Source: Octopus vulgaris
Taxonomy: Eukaryota
Assembly: GCA_951406725.2 (NCBI GenBank)
Contig: OX597825.1
Span: forward strand, 34,286,001 to 34,350,000
Reading direction: 5' to 3'
DNA length: 64,000 bases
Made by a program: the position numbers and the translations under genes. Within the stretch, counting starts at the first letter, position 1. Each line of letters opens with the position of its first letter. Under the pieces are notes generated by a model. That model saw only the letters and a list, made by a program, of their open reading frames with translations, did no database searches and had not been told where the DNA came from. This document shows positions 12,740 to 25,748 of this stretch, piece after piece.

Positions 12740-13409
12740 GCATATATATATATATGTTCACATGCATGTTGGGTCGTGATTGTTTTGTATTATGATAATA
12801 TTTTGGTGGGTCTACAAATGTTTGTCAGCACCCATCACCTCTCCATGCATTGAGTCCCACACTAAGTTTAGCCTACTAGCAGACACACTTATCAAGTTGT
12901 GGCCAAGTATGGTCTCAGCAACAATAGTGAGAGTCAGATGAGAACCAATGTACCAGTTCATACCTAATGATGCTGCTACCAAAAACCAAGGTATTCTTCC
13001 TACATGAGTGCTTCAGGTGGCTGCTGTGCATCCTGTACAGAGAACACAAGACAAACAACTTTGTCAGGCAGCAAGTCAATGGATATGCTGGCAGATAGGA
13101 TCCTCTCTTCGTGCAGGTAAAAAAGTGAAAGCTTGTCTGGTTCAGCCATGCATCCTGCCACAACTCCCTGTCCAAAACCAATTTTCAGAGCACAATTGAG
13201 GAATGATGAAAAAGAAGTAAAGATAGAAAATTCTGACCTGACAGCTTCAAGAACTGGGCAGGTTACAATTCATGACCCTGCCAAGAATAACTGAAGAGAT
13301 GGAGCAGTGGGAACAGCTGACTACATTCACTTCAGAATCACTGGTAAAGCCTTTGATGTAATAGCCTTCAGTGCAACATTGAAGACTTTCCAGCACTTTG
13401 TATGAACAT

Positions 13410-13600
13410 ACATGCATGCATCCATCCATCCTTACAAGCATACATACATATATACATACACACACACAGACACACACACACATACATACATACATACATA
13501 CATACATACATACACACACACACATGCATACATACATACAAACACACACACACACACATACATACATACATACACACACACATATATACATACATACATG
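13410..13600. repeat. (CATA)n/(CA)n microsatellite at the RTE 3' end
   Basis: Seen directly. Confidence 0.95.
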
Positions 13601-15793
13601 ATGGCCGTCCACTCGTGACCGAGGAAGACCATTGCCGACCTTCAGGAACATTGTGCGCTCTGGACTAACTTATATTTTGCATTTGCGGCTCCGTTGGTGG
13701 CTAATGAGCCCTGCTCTTGACAAGCATATACGACTGCAAACATTGCAGACCAAGCTTTTCCCATTCACTATATGAGCCGTGCGCTTTCGCGCAGCTCGCT
13801 TAAGTTCTTCATGCTGGATACGTGCTCTCTCAAAGGTGTCGGTCCCCTCCTTAACCTGCTTCCTCCATCTGTGGCGATGACAGGCATTGTTCTCCCAGTC
13901 AGTGTCCTGCATATCAAAGGCCTTTAACGAGGACTTGACACAGTCCTTAAATCGCAGCCTTGGTTTCTGCCAGAGTCTCCTTCCATTCACAAGTTCTCCA
14001 TAGAGCATCTGCTTAGGAATCCTTCTATCCTCCATTCTAATAAGGTGTCCAGTCCAACGCAACCTGTGCTTGTGTACCACCGCCTCAATACTCAAGATAT
14101 CAGCTGTCCTCAGGATCTGTGTGTCTGGAACTTTTGAGGTCCAGCCGACATTGAGAATGTGTCTGAGACATCTCTGATGAAAACGTTCAAGGACCCTGAC
14201 CTGACGTTTGTATAGAGTCCATGTTTCACATGAGTAGAGAAGCGATGTCAGTACACAAGCACGGTACACAGCAACTTTTGTTCTCCTTGCGATGCCATGT
14301 TGGGACCAGACACGAGACTGAAGAGACCGGAAGGAATTAGTTGCTCTCTGCAACCTGAAAGATATTTCCTCATCCAGGGAGCAAGAACAGCTGAGTGTGC
14401 TGCCCAGGTAGACAAACTTGTTTACTACCTTCAGAATCGTTCCTTCAACCAAGATAGCTGGTTCTATATATGGATTTCCTGGTGCAGGCTGGAACATTAC
14501 AACAGTCTTGTCCAGGCTAATGCTGAGTCCAAATGCCCTGCAAGAAGCAGAAATGCAATTCATGAGTACTTGCATGTCATCCACTGTATGAGTGACTAAG
14601 TCACAGTCATCTGCATAAAGGAGGTCACGAATAATAGACTGGGAAACCTTTGAATTGGCAGCAAATCGGCGAAGATTAAAGAGGCAGCCAGAAAATCGAT
14701 ATCTGACATATATTCCCAGAGAGCTAACCTTAGCAAAAGCATGAGTAAAAGTAGCAGCAACGTACAAAGAAAAGAGAGTTGGGGCAAGGATGTCACCCTG
14801 CTTAACACCATTTTCTACAGGAATGGTTCCTGCCATGGCACCACCAACATTGACCCAAGCCTCCATCCCATCATGAAATGATTTAATTATTGATACAAAG
14901 TGATCCGGACATCCAAGTTTGCCAAGTATTTTCCATAGAAAGGCCCTATTTACAGTATCAAAGGCCTTAGTTAAATCAATGAATACCTGGACAAGATCCA
15001 TATTCTGCTCATAGCACTTCTCCTGCATCTGTCTTGCTGTGAAAATCATATCCATTGTCCCTCTACCAGATCGGAAGCCACATTGAGATTCAGATAGGAC
15101 TTCATTTATGAGACATCCATTCAGACAGGTAAGAAGAATATTTGCCAGAACCTTGCCAGCCGCTGATAGTAGAGCAATACCTCTGTAGTTACCACACATT
15201 GTTCTGGCTCCTTTTCCTTTATAAAGGGACTTCATGAAGGGACTTTGTGATGCAATTACCACCAAATCGCAAGACCTCAGCACAAATTCCATCCTTTCCA
15301 GGTGCCCTACCAAGATTCAATTTACTTATTGATGTCATTACTTCATGTTTTGATGGCGAGGAGTCTAAGGAGTCAATGATAGGTCTTTGTTTCATAGTAT
15401 CAATCACTGTTTCATCCACAACTGACTCATGGTTTAGGAGTTCAGAGAAGTGTTCGATCCAGCGACCTGTGATTTCTGTTGATTTAGTAAACATAGTGGA
15501 AGACTCCTTGGAAAGCAAAGGAGCTGATGTGGAGCTCTTAGGTCCATAAGCTCGCTTCATAAGATGGTAAAGCTTCTTGCTGTCATTTGCATCAGCAGCA
15601 GCCTGAGCATCACGAGCAAGATCCTCCCACCAAGTGTTCTGCATCTTCCTGAGAGATCGCTGCAGTAGTGATTTTACACTGTTATAGTGGGCAAGTGCTA
15701 GACTTCGCTGCACAGTAGACAGTTCACTGTGCAGCAACACACTGTGGGCATGGCGCTTCACCACTAATAGTCGTTGAATTTCAGCATCATTCT
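13600..15793 (-). mobile_element. 5'-truncated RTE-clade LINE, relatively young
   Basis: 547-aa ORF 13670-15313 with NYRGIALLS, QCGFRSGRGT, FIDLTKAFD, GVKQGD, LLYADD and C-terminal C2H2 (CNVC..H..); upstream ORF 15219-15848 in another frame, implying a deletion near 15225; both ends lie in (CATA)n. Confidence 0.96.
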
Positions 15794-15860
15794 CATACAT
15801 ACATACATACATACATACACACACACACATACACACACATACATACATACATACCTACAT

Positions 15861-15891
<31 letters not shown>

Positions 15892-16097
15892 TACACACAC
15901 ACATGCATACATACATACATACACACACACACATACACACACACACATACATGCATACATACACACACACACATATACACACACACATACATACATACAT
16001 ACATACATACACACACACATACATACATACATACATACACACACATACACACACACATACATACATACATACATACATACATACATACATACATACA

Positions 16098-16127
<30 letters not shown>
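15794..16127. repeat. (CATA)n/(CA)n compound microsatellite
   Basis: Seen directly. Confidence 0.97.
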
Positions 16128-16128
<1 letters not shown>

Positions 16129-16245
16129 GCTTATTTATTGTTTTCTAAGCCTCAAGCAAATGATAGTATTATTCTGCTGGATTAGATATTCAAATAGAGT
16201 TATGACTGGAAATAAAATTCATATTTCAATCTAAGATAAATAAGA

Positions 16246-16456
16246 AGGTGGCGAGCTGGCAGAAACGTTAGCACACCGGGCAAAATGCTTAGCAGTATTT
16301 CGTCTTTCTTTACAGTCTGAGTTCAAATGCCACCAAGGTCGACTTTGCTTTTATCCTTTCAGGGTCAATAAATTAAGTACCAATTATATACTGGGGTCGA
16401 TCTAATCAACTGACCCCCTCCCCAAAACTTCAGGCCTTGTGCCTTGACTAGAAAAG
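16246..16456 (+). mobile_element. SINE family A
   Basis: GGCGAGCTGGCAGAAACGTTAG head; TSD AATCTAAGATAAATAAG on both sides. Confidence 0.88.
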
Positions 16457-17654
16457 AATCTAAGATAAATAAGGTATTAAATATTGATTAATTAATATTC
16501 TTTGGAGTTCTACTCTCGTAAAATCTTGACAAATCTAGTATTTTTCTTCAAAGTTACCATAGGCACAATTTGATTCACAGCCATGATGTTAGTTTATTTA
16601 CATATAATTCTTCCTGGTTGCTAAGTGAGGTGAACCATCTGCAGTACCCTAGTTGTACAATATTATCTAGTTGATATTAAAAGGATTTAGTAAGCTAGCA
16701 GAAAATATGCACACATGCACGTGAACACATAAACACATGCACATACACATGCATGCATGCACACACTCACACACACGTGCATGCACACACGCACACACAC
16801 AGATTTCATCATTATCATCATCATCTTTTAACATCAATCTTCCATGCTGGCAAGGGTTGGATGGTTTGAGAGAATCTGATGTGTCAGAGGACCGCTTTCT
16901 GCTTCAAAGTCTGCTTTGGCATGTCTGAAGGCCCTTACTTCTCTCAACCACTTTCCAAAGTGCACTGGATGCTTTTTCATTGCACCAGAACCCTTGCATT
17001 TGCCATGTGGACTACAAGACTATGATCTTCATAGGCTGAATGGAACTACAGTAGAAAATGAGGCAGTTCTATACTAAGTAAGGAAACATTTGAGTACAAC
17101 AGAGGGAATTCGAACAGGTTTCTTGCTGTTAAGGAGATACAAATCTGTTCACATTATACAAGAGTTAGAAGGTGGTAAGCAAAAAATAATTGTTTGAATG
17201 CAGGACAAAATGCTTAGTGGTATTTTGGTTGTTTTTATGATCTGAGTTCAAATTTAGCAGAAGCAGACTTTATTTTTCAAGGGTCAATGAAATAAGTACT
17301 AGTTAAGCATTGAGGGCTGATGTAATAGATTTGCTCCAACCCCTAAAATTTCAGGCTCTGTGTCTTTGGTAGAAAGGACCATAGAAGAGTGGGTGAAAGT
17401 AATTAAGGTGGATCTAGAAAAAGAGATAAAAACAGTGGTAACAAGGTGTCAGGTTGGGCTCTGGAGTGAGAAGATCAAGAAGAGTGGGCAGATAGCAATT
17501 GTGAGAGGGAGAGAGAGGGGGCGAGGGAAGAGAAACAGACAGAGAGAGTTGGGATGCCTTTAATTCTTTTCTAAGACTGAATTAGATAGCAGAAACGTTT
17601 CTAGAATACATGTGATACTGCTACATAACACTTGCGTTTTTTTGATGTTCTATT

Positions 17655-18001
17655 CATTGAATACACGGGACGTTAAGGATAATAGAGCATCATGGACATG
17701 GCTTGAGTGAGGTGATTTGAAGCATATCACTGAAAACCTGATCATTGCTGCACAAGACCAGGCTCTCGCTACCAATTCAGTGAAGTATAACATCTATAAA
17801 GCTTCTGACACACAGAAATGCAGATTCTGTGGAAAGAGTTTGGGAAATGGGACCCACTTGGTAAGTGGATGTGAGAGCCTTACACAAAAAGAATACAAGT
17901 GTCACCATGATAAAGTGTGTGTGTATCTTCATTGGCTCTTATGCCATAAATATCAATATGAAGTAATGGAGAACTGGTATTAGCGTGTACCAAGTAAAGT
18001 T
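17655..18001 (+). mobile_element. R4/Dong-like LINE fragment (CCHC zinc-knuckle region), near-duplicate of 19475-19820
   Basis: ENLIIAAQDQALAT..CRFC..HLVSGC..YKCHHDKV..LHWLLC. Confidence 0.88.
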
Positions 18002-18552
18002 ATTTGTTTGGGTCTGATAAGAGAAAATTACTAGTCTAGTTTAGGAGATGGCATAATTTTTTCAGAATTGGATGTTCTGCCTTGATGTATCTGTTGCAGC
18101 ACTGTGCATTCTACACTCAATTTGTACCTCATCACAGAAAAATGGTGATACTTTGGTCAGGATCTGTGACCAATAGATAGTACGGCAATTTTGGGAAAAA
18201 CAATGGAAATGCAATTTCCTGAATTTGTTCTTACCATATGTTTATTAATATTTTGCTAAGACTGAAGTAGATGGTGATACAAGATTACAGAAATGAATAA
18301 CATTTAATTCAGTAGCACACTACAAATATTCTTAAAGCATATATTATTCTGATACGTACTTTTTGATATTGGTTCAGGCTGTAATTGTGAATTCCATATG
18401 CTGGTCTTACTCTGACCCACAGAACCTAAAAGAAAATAAGTGTCAGAAATTGGAGAAAAAACTTCAATTCATTTGATGAAAAATTAATATTAGTCCAAAG
18501 ATTTTCTGAATATTAATCTTACCTTTCATATCAATGGCTGTTATTAACTACT

Positions 18553-19990
18553 AATGTGCATGAAAGACTAGCAGCCCAATTGAATGAGTGTATCCAGAAA
18601 GGTGCAGGCCCTACATGGACGGTGAATGGGAGGACAAGACTTATAATGAAAGATAGAAGAAAGGGGAATATTGTGGGCCTCTACCATCCCATAGAATTCC
18701 TAAACATCATCTGCAAGATACTCACTGGAATATGTGCAGCAGAGACATACGCTTTCCTGGCATAGGAAGAAATACTACCAAGGAAAGAAAAAGGATGTAG
18801 GAAGAGTTCTCAGGGTACCAAGGATCACCTGATCATCAATAAAACAGTTTTGATGCATTGTAAAAAACATCATACAAAGATGTCTATGGCTTGGATTTGA
18901 CTTTAAGAAGGCATATGATATGATGCCTCCTCATTCTGGGATCGTTGAATGTCTGCTGGTGTTTGATGTTGTCAGCAACATCACAAATTTTCTGATGCAT
19001 AGCATGAAAGACTGGAAAACCAAATTGTACTCAAGTAAAGTACTCCTTGGAGAAGTTACTAGTAAAAAAGGCATCTTCCAAGGTGACTTGTTATCTCCAT
19101 TACTATTTGTAATTGCACTAATACCCATAACAATGACACTTAGGAAAGTTAATATGGGTGACCAATGTGGGAAGAAAAGCACATCAATAAATCATCTTCT
19201 GTTTATGAATGACCTGAAATTGTTTGGGAAATCTAAAAAAACAGACAGATTACTTAACAAAAGTAGTCCAGGAGTGTGGTAGGGACATTGGTGTGGAATT
19301 TGGGATTACCAAATGCTCAGTACTTAATATGAAATGTGGGAAGAAAGCAGCCTGCAGAGGATTGTGGTTAGCATCAGGAGAGATCATGGGTGAACCCAAC
19401 GGTAGCGGGGATAGATATTTAGGGATTTTGGAACTGGATGACATTCTTGAAATGAGAATGCATAGACAGTTTGAATGGAATACACAGGACGTTAAGGATA
19501 ATAGAGCATCATGGGCATGGCTTGAGTGAGGCGATTTGAAGCATATCACTGAAAACCTGATCATTGCTGACCAAGACCAGGCTCTCGCTACCAATTCAGT
19601 GAAGTACAACATCTATAAAACTTCTGACACACAGAAATGCAGATTCTGTGGAAAGAGTGTGGGAAATGGGACCCACTTGGTAAGTGGATGTGAGAGCCTT
19701 ACACAAAAAGAATACTAGCGTCACCACGATAAAATGTGTGTGTATCTTCATTTGCTCTCATGCCATAAATATCAATATGAAATAATGGAGAACTGGTCTC
19801 AGCATGTACCAAGTAAAGTTATGCAATAGGATGGAAAAGTAACGATACTCTGGATCTATGATTTTCAGATGGATCATGTAATTGAACACCGTCTGTTGGA
19901 TGTTGTCATATTGAATAAGAGAGACAAATACTGTCAGATCATTGATGTATCCAGACCCATTGACATGAATGTTGTGAGTAAAGAGGTTGA
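18553..19990 (+). mobile_element. R4/Dong-like LINE, degraded RT plus zinc knuckle and RLE start
   Basis: GIFQGDLLSPLLF, INHLLFMNDLKLF, FGITKC, YLGILE, CRFC..HLVSGC; stops and internal deletions. Confidence 0.9.
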
Positions 19991-20029
19991 AAAATCGCCA
20001 AATTCTCCGAACTGAAAGTGGAAATGGCA

Positions 20030-21400
20030 AGGCCAGCTCTGAGGCAGCTAAAAGGGAAGTTAAGAAGCAGGTATACATAGGGAAAATTGTGATGTTGTTG
20101 GGAAAAAGAGTGTTCACATGGATGATGATTCAATCGTAATTAGTGACACTGCAAAACAAGAGGCTTGGAAGTGCCATTATGAAAGGCTACTAAATGTAAT
20201 GAACTCATGGGAGAAGGAAAGTCTGCCTACCAATCAGAATAGACAGTAGCATGGTAGATAAAGCCATGAAGACTAGGAAAGCACCCAAACTATCAGGAAT
20301 CACTGCTGAGATGTTTAAAATACCTGACAGTGTTGGTTATGGTCTAGTTACTCAGGTTATACCTGAGGAAGTTATACCAAATGACTGGTATAGCAACACC
20401 ATTGTCAGCTGCTCAAAGGTAAAGGCAACAGCTTAGACAGAAACAATTACAGAGGTATCAAATTGTTGCATCAGGCAATGAAAGTTATAGAGAGGGTTGT
20501 AGCCCAACTAATTAGGAAGAGAGTTAGTCTAAATGAGACACAGTTTTGGTTTTGTGCCAGGGAGAAGCACCATCTGTGCTATATTTCTGGTAAGGAAGCT
20601 GAAGGATAAATACTGAGCCAAAAATAAACCTCTGTATTTAGTTTTTGTTGATATGGAGAAAGCCTTTGACAGGGACTCCCACTCTCTTATCTGGTGGTCA
20701 ATGTGGAGTAATTAGAGCTGTACAAGCCATGTACAGAGAGGCTCTCAGTAAGGTGAGAGTTGGCAACAATTACTACGATGAATTCAGGGTATGAGTAAGG
20801 GTTCACCAATGATCAATCCTCAGCTCCCTCTTGTTCTTCATAGTCCTCCAGGCAATAACAGAGGAATTTAAGTCGGGCTGTTCCTGGGAGATCCTCTGTA
20901 CTGATGACCTTATTCTTATTGCCAAATCACTACCAGAACTAGAGAAGAAATTTCAGGTTTTGATAGCAAATCTAGAATCAAAGTGATATGCTGTGCTTGA
21001 GAAGATTCATCAAGCCAAGTGAAATAGTAGTTGTGGCCAATGCCAGTGTCACATAACTGGCACATAAAATGCACGTGGAATGCATATCTGAATGGGGACT
21101 CTTGGCGGCAATGACAGGTGACTGAGACCTTTGGTAATTTGCTGTGCATGAGAAAACTCATCAAACCAAATGAAATCAGAGTTTTGACTGATGCAAGTAT
21201 CACGTAACTGGGATCCATACCAGTGATATATAAAAGGCACCCAGTATACTTTATGGAGTGGTTGGTGTTATGAAGGGCATCCAGCCTTAGAAACCATGCC
21301 ATGACTATAACTTAGTACAGCTCTCCAGCTTACCAGTTTCAGTCAAACTGTCTAACCCATGCTAGCATGGAAAGCAGACTCTAAATGATGATGATGATGT
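20030..21400 (+). mobile_element. RTE-clade LINE fragment of the same family as 3232-6648
   Basis: Nucleotide similarity to 4430-5470 (FVDMEKAFD region), repeated 3' UTR units and (GAT)n tail near 21386. Confidence 0.85.
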
Positions 21401-21423
21401 GATGATACAGACATACAAACACA

Positions 21424-21627
21424 TGAGGAAGTGCTGAAAAGTTTCTGGCTTTGGGTAAGAGAAAATACAGGAGGATTAGTTAACTAAAATTTTATTCAAA
21501 ATATTCCCCTTTCATAGAATGGTCCTTCAGTTTTTCTAAGCCCTGCAAAAGACCTTTTAAGTTTGGGCCTCCAACCAGGCTTTTCAGGATAGCCTTAATG
21601 CCAGGACTTTTCAGCACTCCACCTCAT
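21424..21627. mobile_element. Mariner-type MITE
   Basis: Imperfect terminal inverted repeats GAGGAAGTGCTGAAAAGTTTCTGGC / GCCAGGACTTTTCAGCACTCCACCTC, ~200 bp, no ORF. Confidence 0.65.
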
Positions 21628-22237
21628 ATATACCCTATTTTAACATGTATAAGGAACCCTTTTGTTTTCAAAAATTAGGTTAAAAAATATGGGAGTTTCT
21701 TATATATGGATCGTATTACAATCTCTTACAAAACCATTTTTCCAAATTTTAAGCCCCAAAAATTAGGGAGTTCCTTATAAAATATGGTATATTGATTTGT
21801 GAATCTGTTTTTCTGTTTGTATTTGTCCCTTACAACTAGTGTTGGTTTGTTTACATAACCATGACTTAGCGATTCAGCAAAAGAGGCTGATAGAATGAAT
21901 ACCAGGTTTTAAAAAAAGTATGTGCTCTGGTTGATTTGTTTGACAGTGCCCCAGCATGGCCACAGTCCAATGACTTAAAAGAGAAAAGGTAAAAACACTC
22001 ATTTATATTTTGTTTCATTTTACACACAAACTCACACACACATATATGCATGTGTGTATGCATACACGCACACACACATGCCCGCAAACACACATACATG
22101 CACAATTATGATAATGCAACTGAAATATAAGAATGTAACATTATGTAAAACTGAAATGAATCGATGTCTATGTTTTGATGAGATGAAAATTAATATTTCA
22201 AGAATTCATGAAAGAAGTTATTAGTTAGAATACTTAC

Positions 22238-22283
22238 TATAAACTATTTGCAGGAGAGAAAGTAAAATGAAAATGCAATTCAT
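22238..22283 (-). CDS. Candidate first coding exon encoding a signal peptide (MNCIFILLSLLQIVY)
   Basis: Polypyrimidine acceptor TTTTGTTTACTTTCAG before 22286, ATG at 22283, phase-1 donor GTAAGT after 22238; hydrophobic 15-mer. Confidence 0.5.
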
Positions 22284-22407
22284 AATCTGAAAGTAAACAA
22301 AATATTTGAATGACTTTTTGGAAATAGAGAAAATATATCACACTTTATTGAAAGTCAGAACAGTCACACTCAGTACTCAAAATTTCCCATTACAAATATG
22401 TGTACCT

Positions 22408-22622
22408 TTTCTTTACTACTCTAGACACAAGGCCCGAAATTTGTAGGGAGGGGGCAAGTCGAATAGATCGACCCCAGTACACAACTGGTACTTAATTCAT
22501 CTACCCCGAAAGGGTGTAAGGCAAAGTCGAACTCAGCAGAATTTGAACTCAGAACGTAAAGGCAGGTGAAATACCACTAAGCATTTCGCCCGGCATGATA
22601 ACGCTTCTGCCAGTTCACCGTC
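22408..22622 (-). mobile_element. SINE family A
   Basis: Reverse-complement family A sequence; TSD TTACAAATATGTGTACCT. Confidence 0.88.
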
Positions 22623-22777
22623 TTACAAATATGTGTACCTGTGTGCTAATGAAAGTGATTGTCTGACCTGGTAGAAATAGCAGTCAAGTCTCTCTTAACT
22701 CTAACTATACCATCTTAAAACAGGAAGAGCACATTGAATAATGTTGTTTTAGGTACACTATGGAATTTTAAAATTTT

Positions 22778-23162
22778 ATTCTTTTACTTGTTTCAGTTAT
22801 TTGACTCCAGGCATACCAGACCACTGCCTTGAAGGGTTTTAGTCGGACAAATCAACCCATGGCCTTATTTTTTTAAGCCTAGTATTTATTTATTCTATTG
22901 GGTCCTTTTGCTGAACTACTAAGTTATGAGGATCTAAACACACCGACACCATTTGTCAAGCAAAGATGGCGGGGGGGGGGGGGGACAAACACAGACACAC
23001 ACACATATACAACAAGCTTCTTTCAGTTTCCATCTACCAAAGGCTTTATTAGCCTGAGGTTATAGTAGAAGACACTTGTCCAAGGTGGAATACAGTGGGA
23101 CTGAACCTGGAACCATGTGGTTAGGAAGCAGGTTTCTTAACATGCAGCCATGCTTGTGCCTG
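22778..23162 (-). mobile_element. SINE family B
   Basis: Reverse complement of the tRNA-like head (..CCACATGGTTCCAGGTTCAGTCCCACTG..CTTGGACAAGTGTCTTCTACTATA). Confidence 0.82.
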
Positions 23163-23644
23163 TAGTCATTAATGGGATACCTTTGATGACGGGTTTGCAC
23201 AGTCATTACCTAACTGAAGTAAATAGCAACGACATGTGTATCAACAGTAGACACACACAAACATGCACACACACACACAAACAAGCACACACACCCACAT
23301 CCACACACACACACACACACATGCTTGTGTACGCACACATACATTCATCCCTATGGCACTCCTGTCGTCCTACTCACATGTTTCTTCAGCTCTTATCACC
23401 TTTGTTATATCTTATCGCCCCACCCTCACCTGACCCTGCCCTAAGAACTATACTCAGTCCTTCTTTCTCTTGACCATTGGCCTTTCAGGAATCTTCTTCG
23501 GCTTATATTTTCCTTGTGGTGCACATGTTTCAAAGGAACATTAGCAACAAAATGCTCTTTAGTCTTGGAGGATCTGTTTAGACATGGGCGCTAACTTTGT
23601 CTTTAGCCAATAAAATATAAATTAATCAAACTTGCTTGTTGTTG

Positions 23645-23659
23645 CTATTATTATTATTA

Positions 23660-23690
<31 letters not shown>

Positions 23691-24250
23691 CATTATTATT
23701 ATTATTGAGTGAGAGAGTAGTGCATGCCATCAAAATGACACTGGGGTACAAATATACGAAGCTCAATACACATATCATGACTACCTGTCTGATAAGAGTG
23801 CATCAGGCACATGCATCACAACAATATATGCATGACATGTGATTTCATATCAAGATAAACAGTGCATGACCAGGTGGTGTCCAGTTAGAATTTTCTTCAA
23901 GTTGAGTAGCCCCATCCTGCTCAAAAGTCCTTGAATAGGGTTTGTTGAAGGATGATGAACAAGACACCCATGTTTCCAGGGATGAATTATTCAAACCCCA
24001 AAGAATTCCTCTCAACACATAGCTATGATGCTCACCAACTGCTTCTGCTTGTGACCAAAGATGTACATACTGTCAGCCATTAAAGAACATGCTCAACTGG
24101 TTATGGTCAAGCAACTGACAAGCGAATCTGTGGTATTGAGCAGAATATTTGCTGTAGCCCATCTTTTATACCACGACAAAACATGTACATGATAACACTT
24201 CCAATCAGTTAAGATCAAAAGCTATGAGAGCTAGTACTGTATCAGGGCAT
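23645..24250 (-). mobile_element. 3' end of a non-LTR retrotransposon with (TAA)n tail
   Basis: (TTA)n run at 23645-23706 followed by degraded element-like sequence; a short related piece recurs near 24975-25020. Clade not determined. Confidence 0.55.
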
Positions 24251-25393
24251 TTATTACCTCCACCTTAGCGAAGGCAGAGGTATTGCTTTCAGTTGTGTTT
24301 GTTTGTTTGTTTATCTGTGAACAAAATATCTCAAGAACTGCTGGATGGTTTTAGATGAAACTTTCAGGGATGTTTGGCCTCATGACTGGCACAAACTGAT
24401 TAGATTTTGGGATTGGCCCAGTACCAGACAAGGTTCTGGATTATTTGTTATATTTATTTTACTTTACATGAAGTATTATGATCTTATGTTTGCTTTCAAG
24501 TCTTTCTCTGATTTTTTTCCCATGAAAGTATATACATGGTTTCCACATAGGTTATGGTGGCATTGCTGTTTCCAAAGTTTTATTTCCATTTCTCTATTAT
24601 TATTATTATTATTTACGTCCCTATCTTTGTAGAGAATGATGAATAAAGAAATCAAACTACATAAACAAACAGCAGCAAAAAACGTTCAGAAATTAAATAG
24701 CATTAACATATTCAGTAGCAATAATAGATTTAATTTATCCTTGCAAATTTTTAGTTTTACCAATTTTGAATACATCACTCCTGCTTAAAACCTCTTAACC
24801 ATTTCGCAATTTCATTTCTTGCTCTCCCTTGACAGAAGCTTTACTCCTTTAGCTCGCATTTTTGTGCCCAACAATTTTATTAAACCTCCGTTAACAGCAC
24901 TGTATGCAGGTCCTTTCCATTTCCTTTACTATAGACCTTAATGGTTGTAAAGACACTATAAACAGCCTATAACCTTGCAGGTGGGGGCCCAGTTAGAGTT
25001 TTCTTCAGGTTGAGTAGCCCACTCTGATCATGACCCAAACAAAACTATGACAAGATTTGAACTCAAAAACACATTGAGTTGGAACAAATACCACAAGATA
25101 CTCGATCCAATATTTTTGCAGTTCTGTTCATCCGTCTCCCTGGATTAATACTTTTTTTTTTCATCAACCCTGAAAGGATGAAAGGTGAATTTGACATAAG
25201 AATGCACAAATGACTATTTTCTAATAAATTTTGGATATTTCCAAGTTTGCTCAGAGTAGAAATAACAATTAATACAGCAGGTGGTATGTTTAGATTCTGT
25301 TGTGGGCGTCATTGTTGTTTACATCCCCATAACTTAGTGGTCTGATGATAGAGCCTTATAAATAAGCTCTGGGATTAATGTGTTCATCTGAAC

Positions 25394-25748
25394 CAGAGGT
25401 TCTCAACTGGGGTCAACATGGACCCTCATGGGCTATATAAGGTTTTTGTGGGTCCAAGCAGCAAAATAATAGATTGGAGATCCACAAAACTATTTTAAAG
25501 GCCCCTGAAAAAATTTTGCTTTACATGTATGTATTGTTATGTATTGCAAGAAACAGCTGGATGCTTTTTCTCTAACATTTTATATAGTTCGACCAACTCA
25601 AGTTAACGTGTGAAAAACAAAATAGGAATTTTAAAAGAAGTTTCTATAAAACTTTTTTTTGAACATTGAAGAGTAATGAGATGGGAGTCCACCAGAATAA
25701 AATAGTAATGAAAGGGGTCTATAGGTGAGAAATGGTTGAGAACTCCTG
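25394..25748. mobile_element. hAT-like MITE
   Basis: TIRs CAGAGGTTCTCAAC / GTTGAGAACTCCTG, non-coding interior; TSD not clearly preserved. Confidence 0.6.

Noticed and set aside
16550-16670. Possible minus-strand exon with AG/GT boundaries
   Set aside because: All frames I tried contain stops.
23636-23842. Poly-Leu ORF resembling a signal peptide or TM helix (also poly-Ile ORF 46562-46843)
   Set aside because: Encoded by (TTA)n/(ATT)n repeats.
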